Shown in pieces: positions 43,179-52,640 of a DNA stretch of 54,836 nucleotides (position 1 is its first letter; each line of letters opens with the position of its first letter). The stretch spans positions 1-54,836 of the forward strand of contig JBBRGS010000002.1 in NCBI GenBank assembly GCA_038240635.1, written 5' to 3'. Source of the DNA: Armatimonadota bacterium (GTDB lineage: Bacteria; Armatimonadota; DTGP01; JAHWJO01). A program made the position numbers and the translations under genes. The notes below the pieces were generated by a model, which saw only the letters and a program-made list of their open reading frames with translations, ran no database searches and had not been told where the DNA came from.

Positions 43179-43443
43179 GAAGCTAACGTTTCCGAATCAG
43201 CGACGGAGTTCCTTCCTCATGCGCCAGGGTTTGAGGCGGCGGCGAGGCGGGGTCACGTTCCGCAGGAGCTCTTCCACGCCAGCCGAACAGAAGGATGGCG
43301 TGGGTGTGGGGCTGTGTCGCGGGGGCGCCGAACTGCTCGTTCATTCTCCCTGGTTATTCCCAACCCTCGTCGCGGCGCCTCTCCTCAGCGCGTGTGGCGC
43401 GCTCGCTTGTCTGGCTATCTCATCCTCAGCGAAAGGCGAATTC

Positions 43444-44487
43444 ATGGAATCGGTTGGAGTCGGCATCCTCGGCACGGGGCGCATCGCCCACTCGCACCTG
43501 CAATCGCTGAAAGACTTTCCGGGGGCGCGCGTCGTCTCCGTGATGGACATCCTCGCAGACCGCGCGAAGGCGGTGGCGGAACAGTTCAATGTGCCGAACG
43601 TGGACACCAGCGTGGAGGCCCTCCTTGCCCGGCCCGACCTGGACGCCGTGATCGTGGCGACCCCGCCTGTGGCGCACCATGCTCCCGTGATGGCCGCGCT
43701 GAACGCCGGCAAGCACGTCCTCTGCGAGAAGCCTTTCTCCCTCAACCTCGATGAAGCGAAGGAGATGACCGCCAAATCCGAAAGCGTGGGCAAACACGTC
43801 GCGGTGGCGTCGGCGCGATTCCGGTGCGGCGAGGCGTCGCTGCGAGCCATCGAGATGGTGCGCGACGGCGAACTCGGCAAGGTGTTCCACATCCGCTCGT
43901 CCAGTTTCCGCCAGCGTGGTCGGCCCGGCCTCGACTTCTGGCCCGACGCGCCCTGGTTCCTCGATAAAAGCAAAGCGGGCGGCGGCACGCTGATGGACCT
44001 CGGCGTGTACCAGATTGACCTCATGCTCTGGTTCCTCGGTTATCCCAAAGTGACCAGCGTGACGGCGACCACCTTCCACGGCGTCGGCAAAGGCGCCCCC
44101 GAAGGCGTGGTGTACGACGTGGAGGACCAGGCGAACCTGATGATCGTGACCGAGGGCGGCGCGTCGGCCTTCCTCGAAATCGGGTGGAGCACGAACATGG
44201 CGGGCGCCGAAGGCTTCTTCATCTGGGGCGACAAGGCCGGGCTGAAGTTCCATCCGCTCACCAAAATCGCCGAGCCGATGGATGGCGACCGCCTCACCGA
44301 AACGCCGGTCCTCCCCGAAATCGAGCAGGGCGCCGGGCAGTATGGCGACGTGACGCAGCAGTTCGTCTCCGCCCTGCGGGAAGGCCGCGAACCCTGGACG
44401 CCCGCCCGCGAAGCCCTCGTGGTGGCGCAGGTGATGGACGCCGCCTATCGCTCCGCCGACGCGGGGCGTTCGGTCGAACTGGCGTAA
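43444..44487 (+). CDS. Gfo/Idh/MocA family oxidoreductase
   Basis: ORF 42856-44487 trimmed to the ATG at 43444; the upstream part is antisense to the rhomboid gene. VGILGTGRIAHSHL is a Rossmann motif. Has the VLCEKPFSLN EKP motif. Confidence 0.8.
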   Translation: MESVGVGILGTGRIAHSHLQSLKDFPGARVVSVMDILADRAKAVAEQFNVPNVDTSVEALLARPDLDAVIVATPPVAHHAPVMAALNAGKHVLCEKPFSLNLDEAKEMTAKSESVGKHVAVASARFRCGEASLRAIEMVRDGELGKVFHIRSSSFRQRGRPGLDFWPDAPWFLDKSKAGGGTLMDLGVYQIDLMLWFLGYPKVTSVTATTFHGVGKGAPEGVVYDVEDQANLMIVTEGGASAFLEIGWSTNMAGAEGFFIWGDKAGLKFHPLTKIAEPMDGDRLTETPVLPEIEQGAGQYGDVTQQFVSALREGREPWTPAREALVVAQVMDAAYRSADAGRSVELA

Positions 44488-44601
44488 CCGCTTCCCACGT
44501 CCTGGAATCTGACTCGGCGGTGAGAGGGCCTTGCTTTCCGCGCCTCACTCGCGGGAAGGAACGCCCTCTCGCCGTTTCCTCATCACCTTACCCTGACCCC
44601 T

Positions 44602-45540
44602 ATGCCCCCTTTGCCCGACGCCGCTTCCAACCCAGCGAACCCCGCCGCCGATCTCCCTTCGCCGCCTCAATTCGTTCCCGTCGTTCCCCCCCGACCGGAC
44701 TGGCTCACGCCGCTCCTCGTCACGACGCTGGCGTATCTCTTCCTGTACCACTTAATCTCCGCGACACCGCTGCTGCGCTTCCCTCCCGCCTGGGCGCACA
44801 GTAAAACACTGGGTTGGGTGGGGTATGTGATCAGCGTGGGGCCACTCACGCTGCTTCAGGTCCTCATCGTGCGGTATCTGTCGGCGTGGCGGGGGTCGGC
44901 GGCGGCGTGGCTCGGCGGGGTGGCGGCGGCGGCGGCCCTGTGGGGCTTCTACCTCTTCCTCTACGGGCGCTCCGTGCGGGAGATGCTGATCGCGCTGCCG
45001 CTGGGGCCGTGGATGAACCTCGCGCTCATCGCGGCGACCGTGCTGCTGGGGATGCTCGTCTCGCGCGTCATCCGGGACCCTCAGATGCTCCTGCCGGTCC
45101 TCATCGTGGGCGGACTGGTGGACTACTGGGGCGTCTATTACGGCACCACGCAGCACTTCATGAAGGCCGCGCCCCAGCTGGTGGAGACGGTTTCCGCCAA
45201 AGTGCCGGCCCTCAGTTTCGGCGGCATCCCCGTCACCAACACCATCGGTCCCGGCGACTTCGTGTTCCTCGGCCTCTTCTTCGCGTGCCTCTATCGGTTC
45301 GAGATGAACGTCGCGGGCACGTTCCGGGCCTTTGTGATTCTGCTGTTCGTGGCGCTGGGCGTGGCGACGGTCTTTCCGATCCCGGTGCCTGCCCTTGTGC
45401 CGATGGGGATCGCGGTGCTCGCGGTGAACGCCCGCCGCCTCAAACTCAGCCGCGCCGAAACGTTCGCGCTCGTCTATCTCGTGGCGGCGCTCGTCATACT
45501 GCTGACAGGGCTGGCGCTCTGGAAGCCGTTCGGGAAGTGA
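44602..45540 (+). CDS. Polytopic membrane protein with presenilin/signal-peptide-peptidase-like D, GxGD and PAL motifs
   Basis: About nine hydrophobic segments. Intramembrane GGLVDYWGVYY, then IGPGDFVFLGLFF about 50 residues later, then PVPALVPMG about 45 residues later. Confidence 0.5.
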   Translation: MPPLPDAASNPANPAADLPSPPQFVPVVPPRPDWLTPLLVTTLAYLFLYHLISATPLLRFPPAWAHSKTLGWVGYVISVGPLTLLQVLIVRYLSAWRGSAAAWLGGVAAAAALWGFYLFLYGRSVREMLIALPLGPWMNLALIAATVLLGMLVSRVIRDPQMLLPVLIVGGLVDYWGVYYGTTQHFMKAAPQLVETVSAKVPALSFGGIPVTNTIGPGDFVFLGLFFACLYRFEMNVAGTFRAFVILLFVALGVATVFPIPVPALVPMGIAVLAVNARRLKLSRAETFALVYLVAALVILLTGLALWKPFGK

Positions 45541-45619
45541 CCCGGCGCCGCCTCCCGACACCACTGCTCCATCTCCCGCCCCCTCTTCCACGAGCGTCCC
45601 CTTCCTAACGAGACTTCCC

Positions 45620-45991
45620 ATGCGACTGCACGTTCAGTCCAATCCGCAGGGCGGCCCCCAGGCCGATCTGGCCCTGACGCCGGAGGAAGCCGAAAACCTC
45701 GCCCACGACCTCCAGCGCGCCGTGCGGAACGTGCGCGAAGGCCAGGGGGAACGCCTTCTCTACGTGGGCGACCCCGTGCGGCTGGTGGTGGGCGTGCAGG
45801 ACACCGCGCCCCTGGAGGCCCTCAGCGAGGACACGCCGTCGCTGCCCCTCTTCCCCGGCTGGAACGAACCCCTGCGCCCCTTTGAGACGGTGGGCGCGTT
45901 CGGGCGCGCGGGCTTTGTCGTGGCGCTCTGGCTGCTGGCGACCTTCGTCTTCTTCACCTTTGTGTGGGGAGCGCTGCCCTCCATCAAATGA
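45620..45991 (+). CDS. Hypothetical protein with C-terminal TM helix
   Basis: 123-aa ORF with a C-terminal FVVALWLLATFVFFTFVWGAL segment. No clear RBS and no recognised motif. Confidence 0.35.
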   Translation: MRLHVQSNPQGGPQADLALTPEEAENLAHDLQRAVRNVREGQGERLLYVGDPVRLVVGVQDTAPLEALSEDTPSLPLFPGWNEPLRPFETVGAFGRAGFVVALWLLATFVFFTFVWGALPSIK

Positions 45992-46094
45992 GGCGCCCCT
46001 CCCGCGCCTCCGGGGAAGGGTTCCGCGCGCCGAAGCGGAACAGGATGCCTGCGCCGAACTCTTTCCCTCCTCTCCCGTCAACCGCGAGGCCGCC

Positions 46095-46778
46095 GTGGAC
46101 CCCATCGTTCAGGTTTCCATTGATCTCACTACGCTGGAAGAAGCCCTGCCGGTGGCGGACTGCGCCGTGCGCGCCGGAGTGGACTGGCTCGAAGCGGGCA
46201 CCCCGCTGCTGCTCGGCGAGGGCCTGCGCGCCGTCCGCGCCCTCCACGAACGCCACCCTGACAAGCCCATCGTCGCCGACCTGAAGACGATGGACGGCGG
46301 CTACCTGGAAGCGGAGATGATGGCGAAGGCGGGCGCGTCCTTCGTCGTCGTGATGGGCGTGGCGCACCCGGCGACTATTAAGGCGGTCGTCCGCTGCAAG
46401 CGCGATTACCCCATCCAGGTCATGGGCGACATCATGGCCGCCCCCGACCGCATTGAATGCGCCCGCCGCCTCGAAGACCTCGGCGTGGACTACATCATCG
46501 CTCACACCGGCTACGACGAGCGCCACGAGCATCTCGGCGCTACCCCTCTTGACTACATCCGCGACGTGGTGGCGGCGGTCAGCATTCCCGTGCAGGCCGT
46601 CGGCGGCCTCTCCATCGAGCAGGCCGTGCAAATGCCGAAACTGGGCGCGCCCCTCGTCGTGATCGGCGCTCCGCTCGTCATCGCCGATGAGGAGTTCAAG
46701 CCCAGCGCGGACGATGACCGGCTGGAGGCCCTCCTGCGAAGCATCGTCGCGCAGGTGAAGGGGGGCGCCGCCGCATGA
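46095..46778 (+). CDS. 3-hexulose-6-phosphate synthase / OMP-decarboxylase-fold (HPS/KGPDC) family enzyme
   Basis: ORF 45882-46778. GTG at 46095 is proposed as the start (GAGG lies 5 nt upstream). VQVSIDL, DWLEAGTPLLL and IVADLKTMDGGYLE match the HPS-like pattern. Confidence 0.65.
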   Translation: MDPIVQVSIDLTTLEEALPVADCAVRAGVDWLEAGTPLLLGEGLRAVRALHERHPDKPIVADLKTMDGGYLEAEMMAKAGASFVVVMGVAHPATIKAVVRCKRDYPIQVMGDIMAAPDRIECARRLEDLGVDYIIAHTGYDERHEHLGATPLDYIRDVVAAVSIPVQAVGGLSIEQAVQMPKLGAPLVVIGAPLVIADEEFKPSADDDRLEALLRSIVAQVKGGAAA

Positions 46779-48247
46779 ATCTGCCCCCTCGCGCGCCCGG
46801 CGCCGCCCGCCTCACGCAACGCGCCGCCTTTGGCGAAGCCCTCCGGCGCGCCGACGAAGCCCTCCGTAACCTCACCCTCTTCACCGGCGTTATGGACGAC
46901 CCCATCGGGCGCCTCTACGTCGAACTGGTGGACGCGCTGACGCCATACTCCCCCGATGCGCCCTCCGGAGAAGGCGTCGCCCCGGTGCGCGTAGTCTCCG
47001 CGTCACCCTCCGCCTTGTACCGCCGCCTCTTCGCGCTGCTGGCCGACGCCGCGCCGTCCACTCCCGGCGGAGAGTTCGGGGACGCATGGCAAAACCATCT
47101 GGTGGAGCGCACCCTCGCCGACGCCAATCCGTTCTCCCGCGCCGCCGAAGCCGGGGGCTGGAAAGCCGTCGCTCTCCCCGTCCGGGATGCGGCGGAAGCG
47201 GACCTGGACCTGTTGCGGCGCCTGTATGAGTTCAGTGGAGAACCCTTGCGCGAGGCCGTCACCCGCCGCGAACCCGACGTCCTCCCGCTCCCCTCCCTGG
47301 CGAAACTGGCGCCCGCTCCGACAGACACGCCGGACCCGGATCGGGCGCTCCGTCACCGCTTCCACGAGGAGACCGACGCCTCCGATCTCGCCGAGCCGCT
47401 GGCCAACGCTGTCCACCGCCGGGGGCTGGGACTCTTCCGCGATTTCCGCGCCTTCCGGTGGGAGGCCCGCCACGGCGAAGGCCGCCTCGAAGGCATCGCC
47501 GCGCCTGACCCCATCCTCCTCGACGACCTCCTCGAATACGACCGCGAGCGGCGCCTCCTCCTCGAAAACACCGACTACTTTGTCGCCGGGTTGCCCGCGA
47601 ACAACGCCCTGCTGTACGGCGACCGGGGCGCCGGCAAGTCGTCCACCGTGAAAGCCCTGCTGCACCGATACGGTGACCGGGGCCTGCGCATGGTCGAAGT
47701 CCGCAAGGAGCATCTGGAAGACTTCACCCGGATCGCTCAACTCCTGCGCGGGCGCCGGGAACGGTTCATCCTCTTCATAGACGACCTGAGCTTCGAGGAG
47801 CATGAAACCCATTACAAGGAACTCAAGGCCCTCCTCGAAGGCGGCCTGGAAGCCCGGCCTGACAATATCGTCCTGTACGCCACCTCGAACCGTCGCCATC
47901 TCGTGAAGGAGCGCCATTCCGACCGCATCCACGCCGTGGAAGACGATGAAATTCACCTGAACGACACCTCCGAGGAGAAACTGTCGCTCAGTGATCGCTT
48001 TGGGCTGACGCTGACCTTCCTCGCGCCCACCCAGACGAAGTATCTCGCCATCGTCGGCGGCATGGCGACGCGGCGCGGCGTCACGCTGGAGGAAGAGGAA
48101 CTCACGCGACGGGCGCTCGCCTGGGCGACCCAGCGCGGCGGACGGAGCGGGCGGGTGGCGCGTCAGTTTATTGACCACCTGGCGGCGGAACAGGCCCTCC
48201 TGCCTGGAGACTCGACGGATACACTGGATGCGCCGGAACCAGCCTGA
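46775..48247 (+). CDS. DUF815 family AAA-type ATPase with ~230-aa N-terminal extension
   Basis: The ATG overlaps the upstream stop (ATGA at 46775-46778). Walker A motif is NALLYGDRGAGKSSTVKALL. Walker B-like motif is FILFIDDLSFEE. Also has LYATSNRRHLV. Confidence 0.75.
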   Translation: MNLPPRAPGAARLTQRAAFGEALRRADEALRNLTLFTGVMDDPIGRLYVELVDALTPYSPDAPSGEGVAPVRVVSASPSALYRRLFALLADAAPSTPGGEFGDAWQNHLVERTLADANPFSRAAEAGGWKAVALPVRDAAEADLDLLRRLYEFSGEPLREAVTRREPDVLPLPSLAKLAPAPTDTPDPDRALRHRFHEETDASDLAEPLANAVHRRGLGLFRDFRAFRWEARHGEGRLEGIAAPDPILLDDLLEYDRERRLLLENTDYFVAGLPANNALLYGDRGAGKSSTVKALLHRYGDRGLRMVEVRKEHLEDFTRIAQLLRGRRERFILFIDDLSFEEHETHYKELKALLEGGLEARPDNIVLYATSNRRHLVKERHSDRIHAVEDDEIHLNDTSEEKLSLSDRFGLTLTFLAPTQTKYLAIVGGMATRRGVTLEEEELTRRALAWATQRGGRSGRVARQFIDHLAAEQALLPGDSTDTLDAPEPA

Positions 48248-48420
48248 AGCGGGGAAACGTGTCGGTTTCAGGGAGGAACCCTGCACGAATGCGCCAATCT
48301 ATTAAATAATGGAAGTGGAACCGTCGGCATTGAAACCGGCTGGCTCTCGCCACCCCCATTCCGAGCGACCCCGTGACGCTGAGACACCGCATCTGCTCAC
48401 CCCATAGGAGATTCCCTGAG

Positions 48421-49182
48421 ATGAAGACCCGGAGCCGAAGCCTCATTCTGGCCTCCTTCGCCTTACTGTTCGCCACGGCGGGCGCGCGCGCCGCTTCCGT
48501 CCCCCGCTTCGAGCGCCAGTTCCTCGGCATTCGTCTCATGTCGCGCGGCGTCACCGTACTCCGCAAATACGGCAGCCCCACGCGCGTCCTCAACGGGACC
48601 AACGTCAAGCTCATCTATCAAATCCTCGCCCTCCCCACCAAGGATTTCCTTACCATCGCCGTGGACAATCTCGGCGGGGATGCGACCGGCGGAGCCGCCA
48701 ATCCGTACGACGCCGCCAGCGGGGGACCCGCCGCTCCCGTGAATCCTTACGCCAGCAATATGGCGACCCAGGGCGGCGGCGCTCCCGGCCTGGGCGACAC
48801 CGCCGGGCAAACGGTGGAGAACAAAATCCTCTTCTGGGTCTACCAATACCCGGCCAAAGGCATCACGAACGTCTTCATCCTGGATGAGGAAGGCCGGGTC
48901 ATTGGAATCGCGCAGGCGGGTGGTAAACCGGCGGCGCGCACGGCGAGAGGCGTCGGCATCGGCAGCCCCTATTCCAACGTGGTGCGGGTGTACGGCTTCC
49001 CCGATCAGCACACCACCATTCAAACAGCGGGAGCCACTCCGGTCGGGATGCTCGGCATCTCCTACGCGGAGTCGCATGGGACGGAGTTCGCGTTCCTCAA
49101 TCGCAACCTGCGCGGCTACCCGAAGTACACCACCAAAGGCCCCTGGTGCGTCGGCGTGATCGTCCTCGCCGCCGGGATGTGA
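48421..49182 (+). CDS. Hypothetical secreted protein
   Basis: ORF trimmed to the ATG at 48421. Signal peptide MKTRSRSLILASFALLFATAGARA. No recognised domain. Confidence 0.55.
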   Translation: MKTRSRSLILASFALLFATAGARAASVPRFERQFLGIRLMSRGVTVLRKYGSPTRVLNGTNVKLIYQILALPTKDFLTIAVDNLGGDATGGAANPYDAASGGPAAPVNPYASNMATQGGGAPGLGDTAGQTVENKILFWVYQYPAKGITNVFILDEEGRVIGIAQAGGKPAARTARGVGIGSPYSNVVRVYGFPDQHTTIQTAGATPVGMLGISYAESHGTEFAFLNRNLRGYPKYTTKGPWCVGVIVLAAGM

Positions 49183-49220
49183 TCCCGCTCGCATCCGAAC
49201 AGGAATGAATCTCTCCTCCT

Positions 49221-50495
49221 TTGAGGCTCCCATCCTCTGACCCCAATGGTTCCACCGCTTCCGCGATAAGGGCGGCTCCTCCCGACGCCGGGGATGGAAC
49301 CGCCCTTCGCTACGTCTGGATTGCGCTGGCGGGAGTCGCCGTCTGGCTCCTCTTCTACCACGACCCTGCCGGGCAGGCGGTACCCAACGGTCGCCTCTGG
49401 GCGCTGTTTGGCGGCGTGACGGCGGTGGAAGCCGTTCGCGCGGTACTGGTCAGGCGGGCGCCCTCGCACCCTGTTCATCGCGTCTTCCCCTTCTTCGACG
49501 CGCTGGCGATCAGCGTGGCGGTGCGCCTCACCCACGGCATCGAAAGCGAACTGTGGCTCCTGTACGCCTTCCAACTCGTGGCTGGCGCACTCGATCCCGA
49601 ACCCCGCACGCTCCGGGTTCTCGGCGCCCTGGTCGTCCTCTCCTACGCGGCGGCGGTTCTCCCCGATCTCACCGCGCGGGACTGGAGCCTGTTCCTCGCG
49701 CATCTCCACTTTCCCATCTTCTCTTCCGGCGCGACATTCCCTCCGGAATCCGGCGTCCCCGGCTACGAAGTCCTCTCCAAACTCCTCACGCGCCTCTTCT
49801 TCCTCTTCGTGGTCGGGCGCATGGCCCAGGCCGTCGCGCGGATGAGGGCCATGCAACAGAGGGAACTTGCGGCGCTGCGCGAACAGCTCGCCGTGGCCGG
49901 GGATCGGAGCCGCATCGCCCGCGACCTTCACGACAGCCTCAATCACACCCTCATGGGCAGCGTACTACGCCTCGAACTCTGCTCCCGCCTGCTGCGACAG
50001 GACCCGGACGAGACGGCGCGGATGCTGGACGAGGAGAAGGCCGCCCTCCGCGAAGCCCTCGACGCCGCCCGCGACACCGTGTTTCATCTCCTCCCCGCCG
50101 AGTTGGAAGACCGCTCGCTCACGGAACTCCTCCGCCGCTGCGTGGAGCGGTACCGGGAGCGCACCGGCCTCACCATCACGCTGGAGGGCGAGGAAGCGCC
50201 GGAAGTCCGCCCGGCTCTCCGCGTGGCCGGGGTCGCCATTGTTCAGGAGGCGCTGGCCAACGCCGTGAAGCACGCTCGTGCGGGGCGCATCGCCGTCACC
50301 GTGGCGCGGGAGGGGCATCGACGCCTTTTGATTCGCGTGACCGATGACGGGGCAGGCTTCACGCCGGATGAGGCGCCGTCCGGCGGCATGGGCCTCACCG
50401 GCATGGCGGAGCGAGCGGCGGCCCTCGGTGGCTCCGTGACGATCCGCTCGGCGCCGGGCGCGGGCGCGACGGTGGAAGCGGTCTTCCCCCTGTGA
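49221..50495 (+). CDS. Membrane sensor histidine kinase (HisKA_3 / NarL-partner type)
   Basis: Hydrophobic N-terminal half. H-box RSRIARDLHDSLNHTL. HATPase blocks are EALANAVKHA, DDGAGF and GMGLTGMAERA. Only a TTG start is available at 49221, so the start is uncertain. Confidence 0.7.
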   Translation: MRLPSSDPNGSTASAIRAAPPDAGDGTALRYVWIALAGVAVWLLFYHDPAGQAVPNGRLWALFGGVTAVEAVRAVLVRRAPSHPVHRVFPFFDALAISVAVRLTHGIESELWLLYAFQLVAGALDPEPRTLRVLGALVVLSYAAAVLPDLTARDWSLFLAHLHFPIFSSGATFPPESGVPGYEVLSKLLTRLFFLFVVGRMAQAVARMRAMQQRELAALREQLAVAGDRSRIARDLHDSLNHTLMGSVLRLELCSRLLRQDPDETARMLDEEKAALREALDAARDTVFHLLPAELEDRSLTELLRRCVERYRERTGLTITLEGEEAPEVRPALRVAGVAIVQEALANAVKHARAGRIAVTVAREGHRRLLIRVTDDGAGFTPDEAPSGGMGLTGMAERAAALGGSVTIRSAPGAGATVEAVFPL

Positions 50496-50590
50496 CTTGC
50501 TTCGGAGGCGAGGGAGGCGTCATACTCACGCGGAAGATCGGCTTATCTCCTGCTATTCTGCCCGGTGAACCGGGGATGAAAGGATCGCGC

Positions 50591-51208
50591 ATGGCTTCAA
50601 CCGATACGGCGCCTCATCTCACATGGCACGCGCACACCGTCACCCGCGAGGAACGCGAGCAAAACGGCGCCCACAAGGGCTGCACCCTCTGGCTCACCGG
50701 CCTGAGCGGCTCCGGCAAATCCACCCTCGCCAACGAACTCGACACCCAACTTTGGAAGCGCGGCGCGCGCTCCTTCGTGCTGGACGGCGACAACATCCGC
50801 ATGGGCCTCAACAAGGGCCTCGGCTTCTCGCCGGACGACCGCCGGGAGAACATCCGCCGCATCGGCGAGGTGGCCAAGCTGTTCACGCAGGCGGGCGTCA
50901 TCAACGTGACGGCCTTCATCTCGCCCTACCGCGAGGACCGCGACACCGCGCGGGCGGCGCAGGACCCCGGCGACTTCATTGAGGTGTATGTCGCCTGCTC
51001 GCTGGAGGAATGCGAAGCGCGCGACCCGAAGGGCCTCTACCAGAAGGCCCGCGCCGGTCAAATCCCCGAATTCACCGGCATCTCCGCCCCGTATGAGGAG
51101 CCGCTGAACCCGGAACTCGTCGTTCACACCGATCAGCATAGCGTGGAGGCGTGCGTGGAGCAGATACTCGCGCACCTCGTGGAGCGCGGCGTCCTCCCGA
51201 ACGAGTGA
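50591..51208 (+). CDS. cysC: Adenylyl-sulfate (APS) kinase
   Basis: ORF trimmed to the ATG at 50591 (AAAGGA upstream). LWLTGLSGSGKSTLA is a P-loop. Also LDGDNIRMGLNKGLGFS..DRRENIRRIGEVAKLF. Confidence 0.85.
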   Translation: MASTDTAPHLTWHAHTVTREEREQNGAHKGCTLWLTGLSGSGKSTLANELDTQLWKRGARSFVLDGDNIRMGLNKGLGFSPDDRRENIRRIGEVAKLFTQAGVINVTAFISPYREDRDTARAAQDPGDFIEVYVACSLEECEARDPKGLYQKARAGQIPEFTGISAPYEEPLNPELVVHTDQHSVEACVEQILAHLVERGVLPNE

Positions 51209-51246
51209 TTCGCCTCGTGTGAACGTGAGGCGCGATGCCCGGCTTA

Positions 51247-52509
51247 CTACAGGGCGGAGGGGGGCGGCGTGTCCGGTTCGGCTTCGTCGGGTTGCGGCCC
51301 CAGATGGAGGTAATCCACCTCCACCGTCAGGCCGGAAGGGAGTCGGAGTCCCACCGCCGCCAGGGGGCCACTCCACGCCTTATTGTCGCCCAGGGGGACC
51401 GGATAAACCCGGAAGCCGTTGCCCGCCTTGAGCGTCACGCTCTGCGACTGGACGCCGGGACGATCCGCCCTTGCCCAGAAGACGGTCACGCGCTTCTCCT
51501 CGTCGGGGTCCACGTTCGCCATCAGCCGCAGGGTTAGCCAGGGCAGGGCGTCGGCGCGGAGGGCGAGCGGTGGGGAGAGGATCAGCGCGTCGAGGCGCGA
51601 CGCGGGCTTCACCCGCAGTGTCCCCAGCGACCAGCGGAGATCGTCCAGGGCCGACGCGGCGATCCACCCTTCGGCGCTGCGTTCAAAGCGCCAGGTGGGG
51701 CCGGGCAGGGGGGAGGGCGGCTCCGGGGTCTCCTCCTTCGCGCCGGGGAAGCGCGGCTCGTCGGACAGGGGCCGCTCCGTGCCCGGTTCGGGCTGGCGGG
51801 CGAGGTCAATCACCTGAACCGACTCCACCTCCACGCGAGCGGGCTTGGAGAAGGCGAACCGGATGCGCCGGAGGGGCGCGCCCTGCCAGAAGGGGAGGAG
51901 CCGAAACGTCCGCATCCGGCGTCCGCGCCCCACGGACACGCTGTTGAGCGGCGCCTCCTCTGCGGCCTTCTCGTCGGCTTTGGCGGGCGGCTTCTCGTCG
52001 GCTTTGACGGTCGGCTTCTCGTCGGCTTTGACGGGCGGCTTCCCCTCAGCGGATTTCGCGTCGGCGGGAGGGGGCGCTTTCGGCGGCTTCGCGTCGGCTT
52101 TGGCGGGCGCGGCGGGAGGGGGCGCCTCAGCGGGCTTCGCGTCGGGCGCCGCATCTCCCACGCCGCTCACGGTGAGGAGGGTGTCGCGGTCCACGCGGAG
52201 GCGGATTTCCACGGCTTGATGCGCGGTGGGGGCAAAGGTGACGGGGGGCGAGAGGAGCGCCGCGTTCGGCCCGACCGCGCGCCCAGTGAGCGCCTTGCCG
52301 GATTGCGCGAGCTCGGTGAAGTCCGCGCCGTCGGCGGACCAGCCCGCGAGGTCATTCGGCGCGCCAAACGTCCACGCGACGAGGGGCGGCGGGGCAACAT
52401 ATCCGGCGGCCGGGGACGTTGCGCCCTCCGCCGCGCGAACGGTTCCCCCGGCGAGGATGAACAGAGCCAGGGCGGAAAGCGATAGGCAGAGCAGCGGCGC
52501 GCGGTTCAT
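51247..52509 (-). CDS. Secreted protein with Lys/Pro/Ala-rich KADEKP repeat linker
   Basis: The C-terminal 420 aa of ORF 51247-53610, starting at the ATG at 52509 (GGAG upstream). Signal peptide MNRAPLLCLSLSALALFILAGGTVRA. No recognised domain. Confidence 0.6.
   Translation of the reverse strand: MNRAPLLCLSLSALALFILAGGTVRAAEGATSPAAGYVAPPPLVAWTFGAPNDLAGWSADGADFTELAQSGKALTGRAVGPNAALLSPPVTFAPTAHQAVEIRLRVDRDTLLTVSGVGDAAPDAKPAEAPPPAAPAKADAKPPKAPPPADAKSAEGKPPVKADEKPTVKADEKPPAKADEKAAEEAPLNSVSVGRGRRMRTFRLLPFWQGAPLRRIRFAFSKPARVEVESVQVIDLARQPEPGTERPLSDEPRFPGAKEETPEPPSPLPGPTWRFERSAEGWIAASALDDLRWSLGTLRVKPASRLDALILSPPLALRADALPWLTLRLMANVDPDEEKRVTVFWARADRPGVQSQSVTLKAGNGFRVYPVPLGDNKAWSGPLAAVGLRLPSGLTVEVDYLHLGPQPDEAEPDTPPPSAL
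51967..52038. repeat. 3 x 24-nt in-frame tandem repeat (encodes P.[AV]KADEK)
   Basis: Units cttctcgtcggctttg[g/a]cgg[g/t]cgg lie at 51967, 51991 and 52015. Confidence 0.85.
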
Positions 52510-52640
52510 TCGTTCTCCGGTCATAACAGGCGATGACGGAACCAGGGGGAATGAGGGATCGAGTTTCTCCCTGATACCGACGCGCGGCGAGGCGTTCAGG
52601 TTTCCATTGGAATGGAACGGGCATCGTCCCGCCCGAAGAG

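Noticed and set aside
42856-43443. N-terminal 196 aa of ORF 42856-44487
   Set aside because: It is antisense to the rhomboid gene and runs across the divergent promoter region. The oxidoreductase Rossmann motif begins right after the ATG at 43444.
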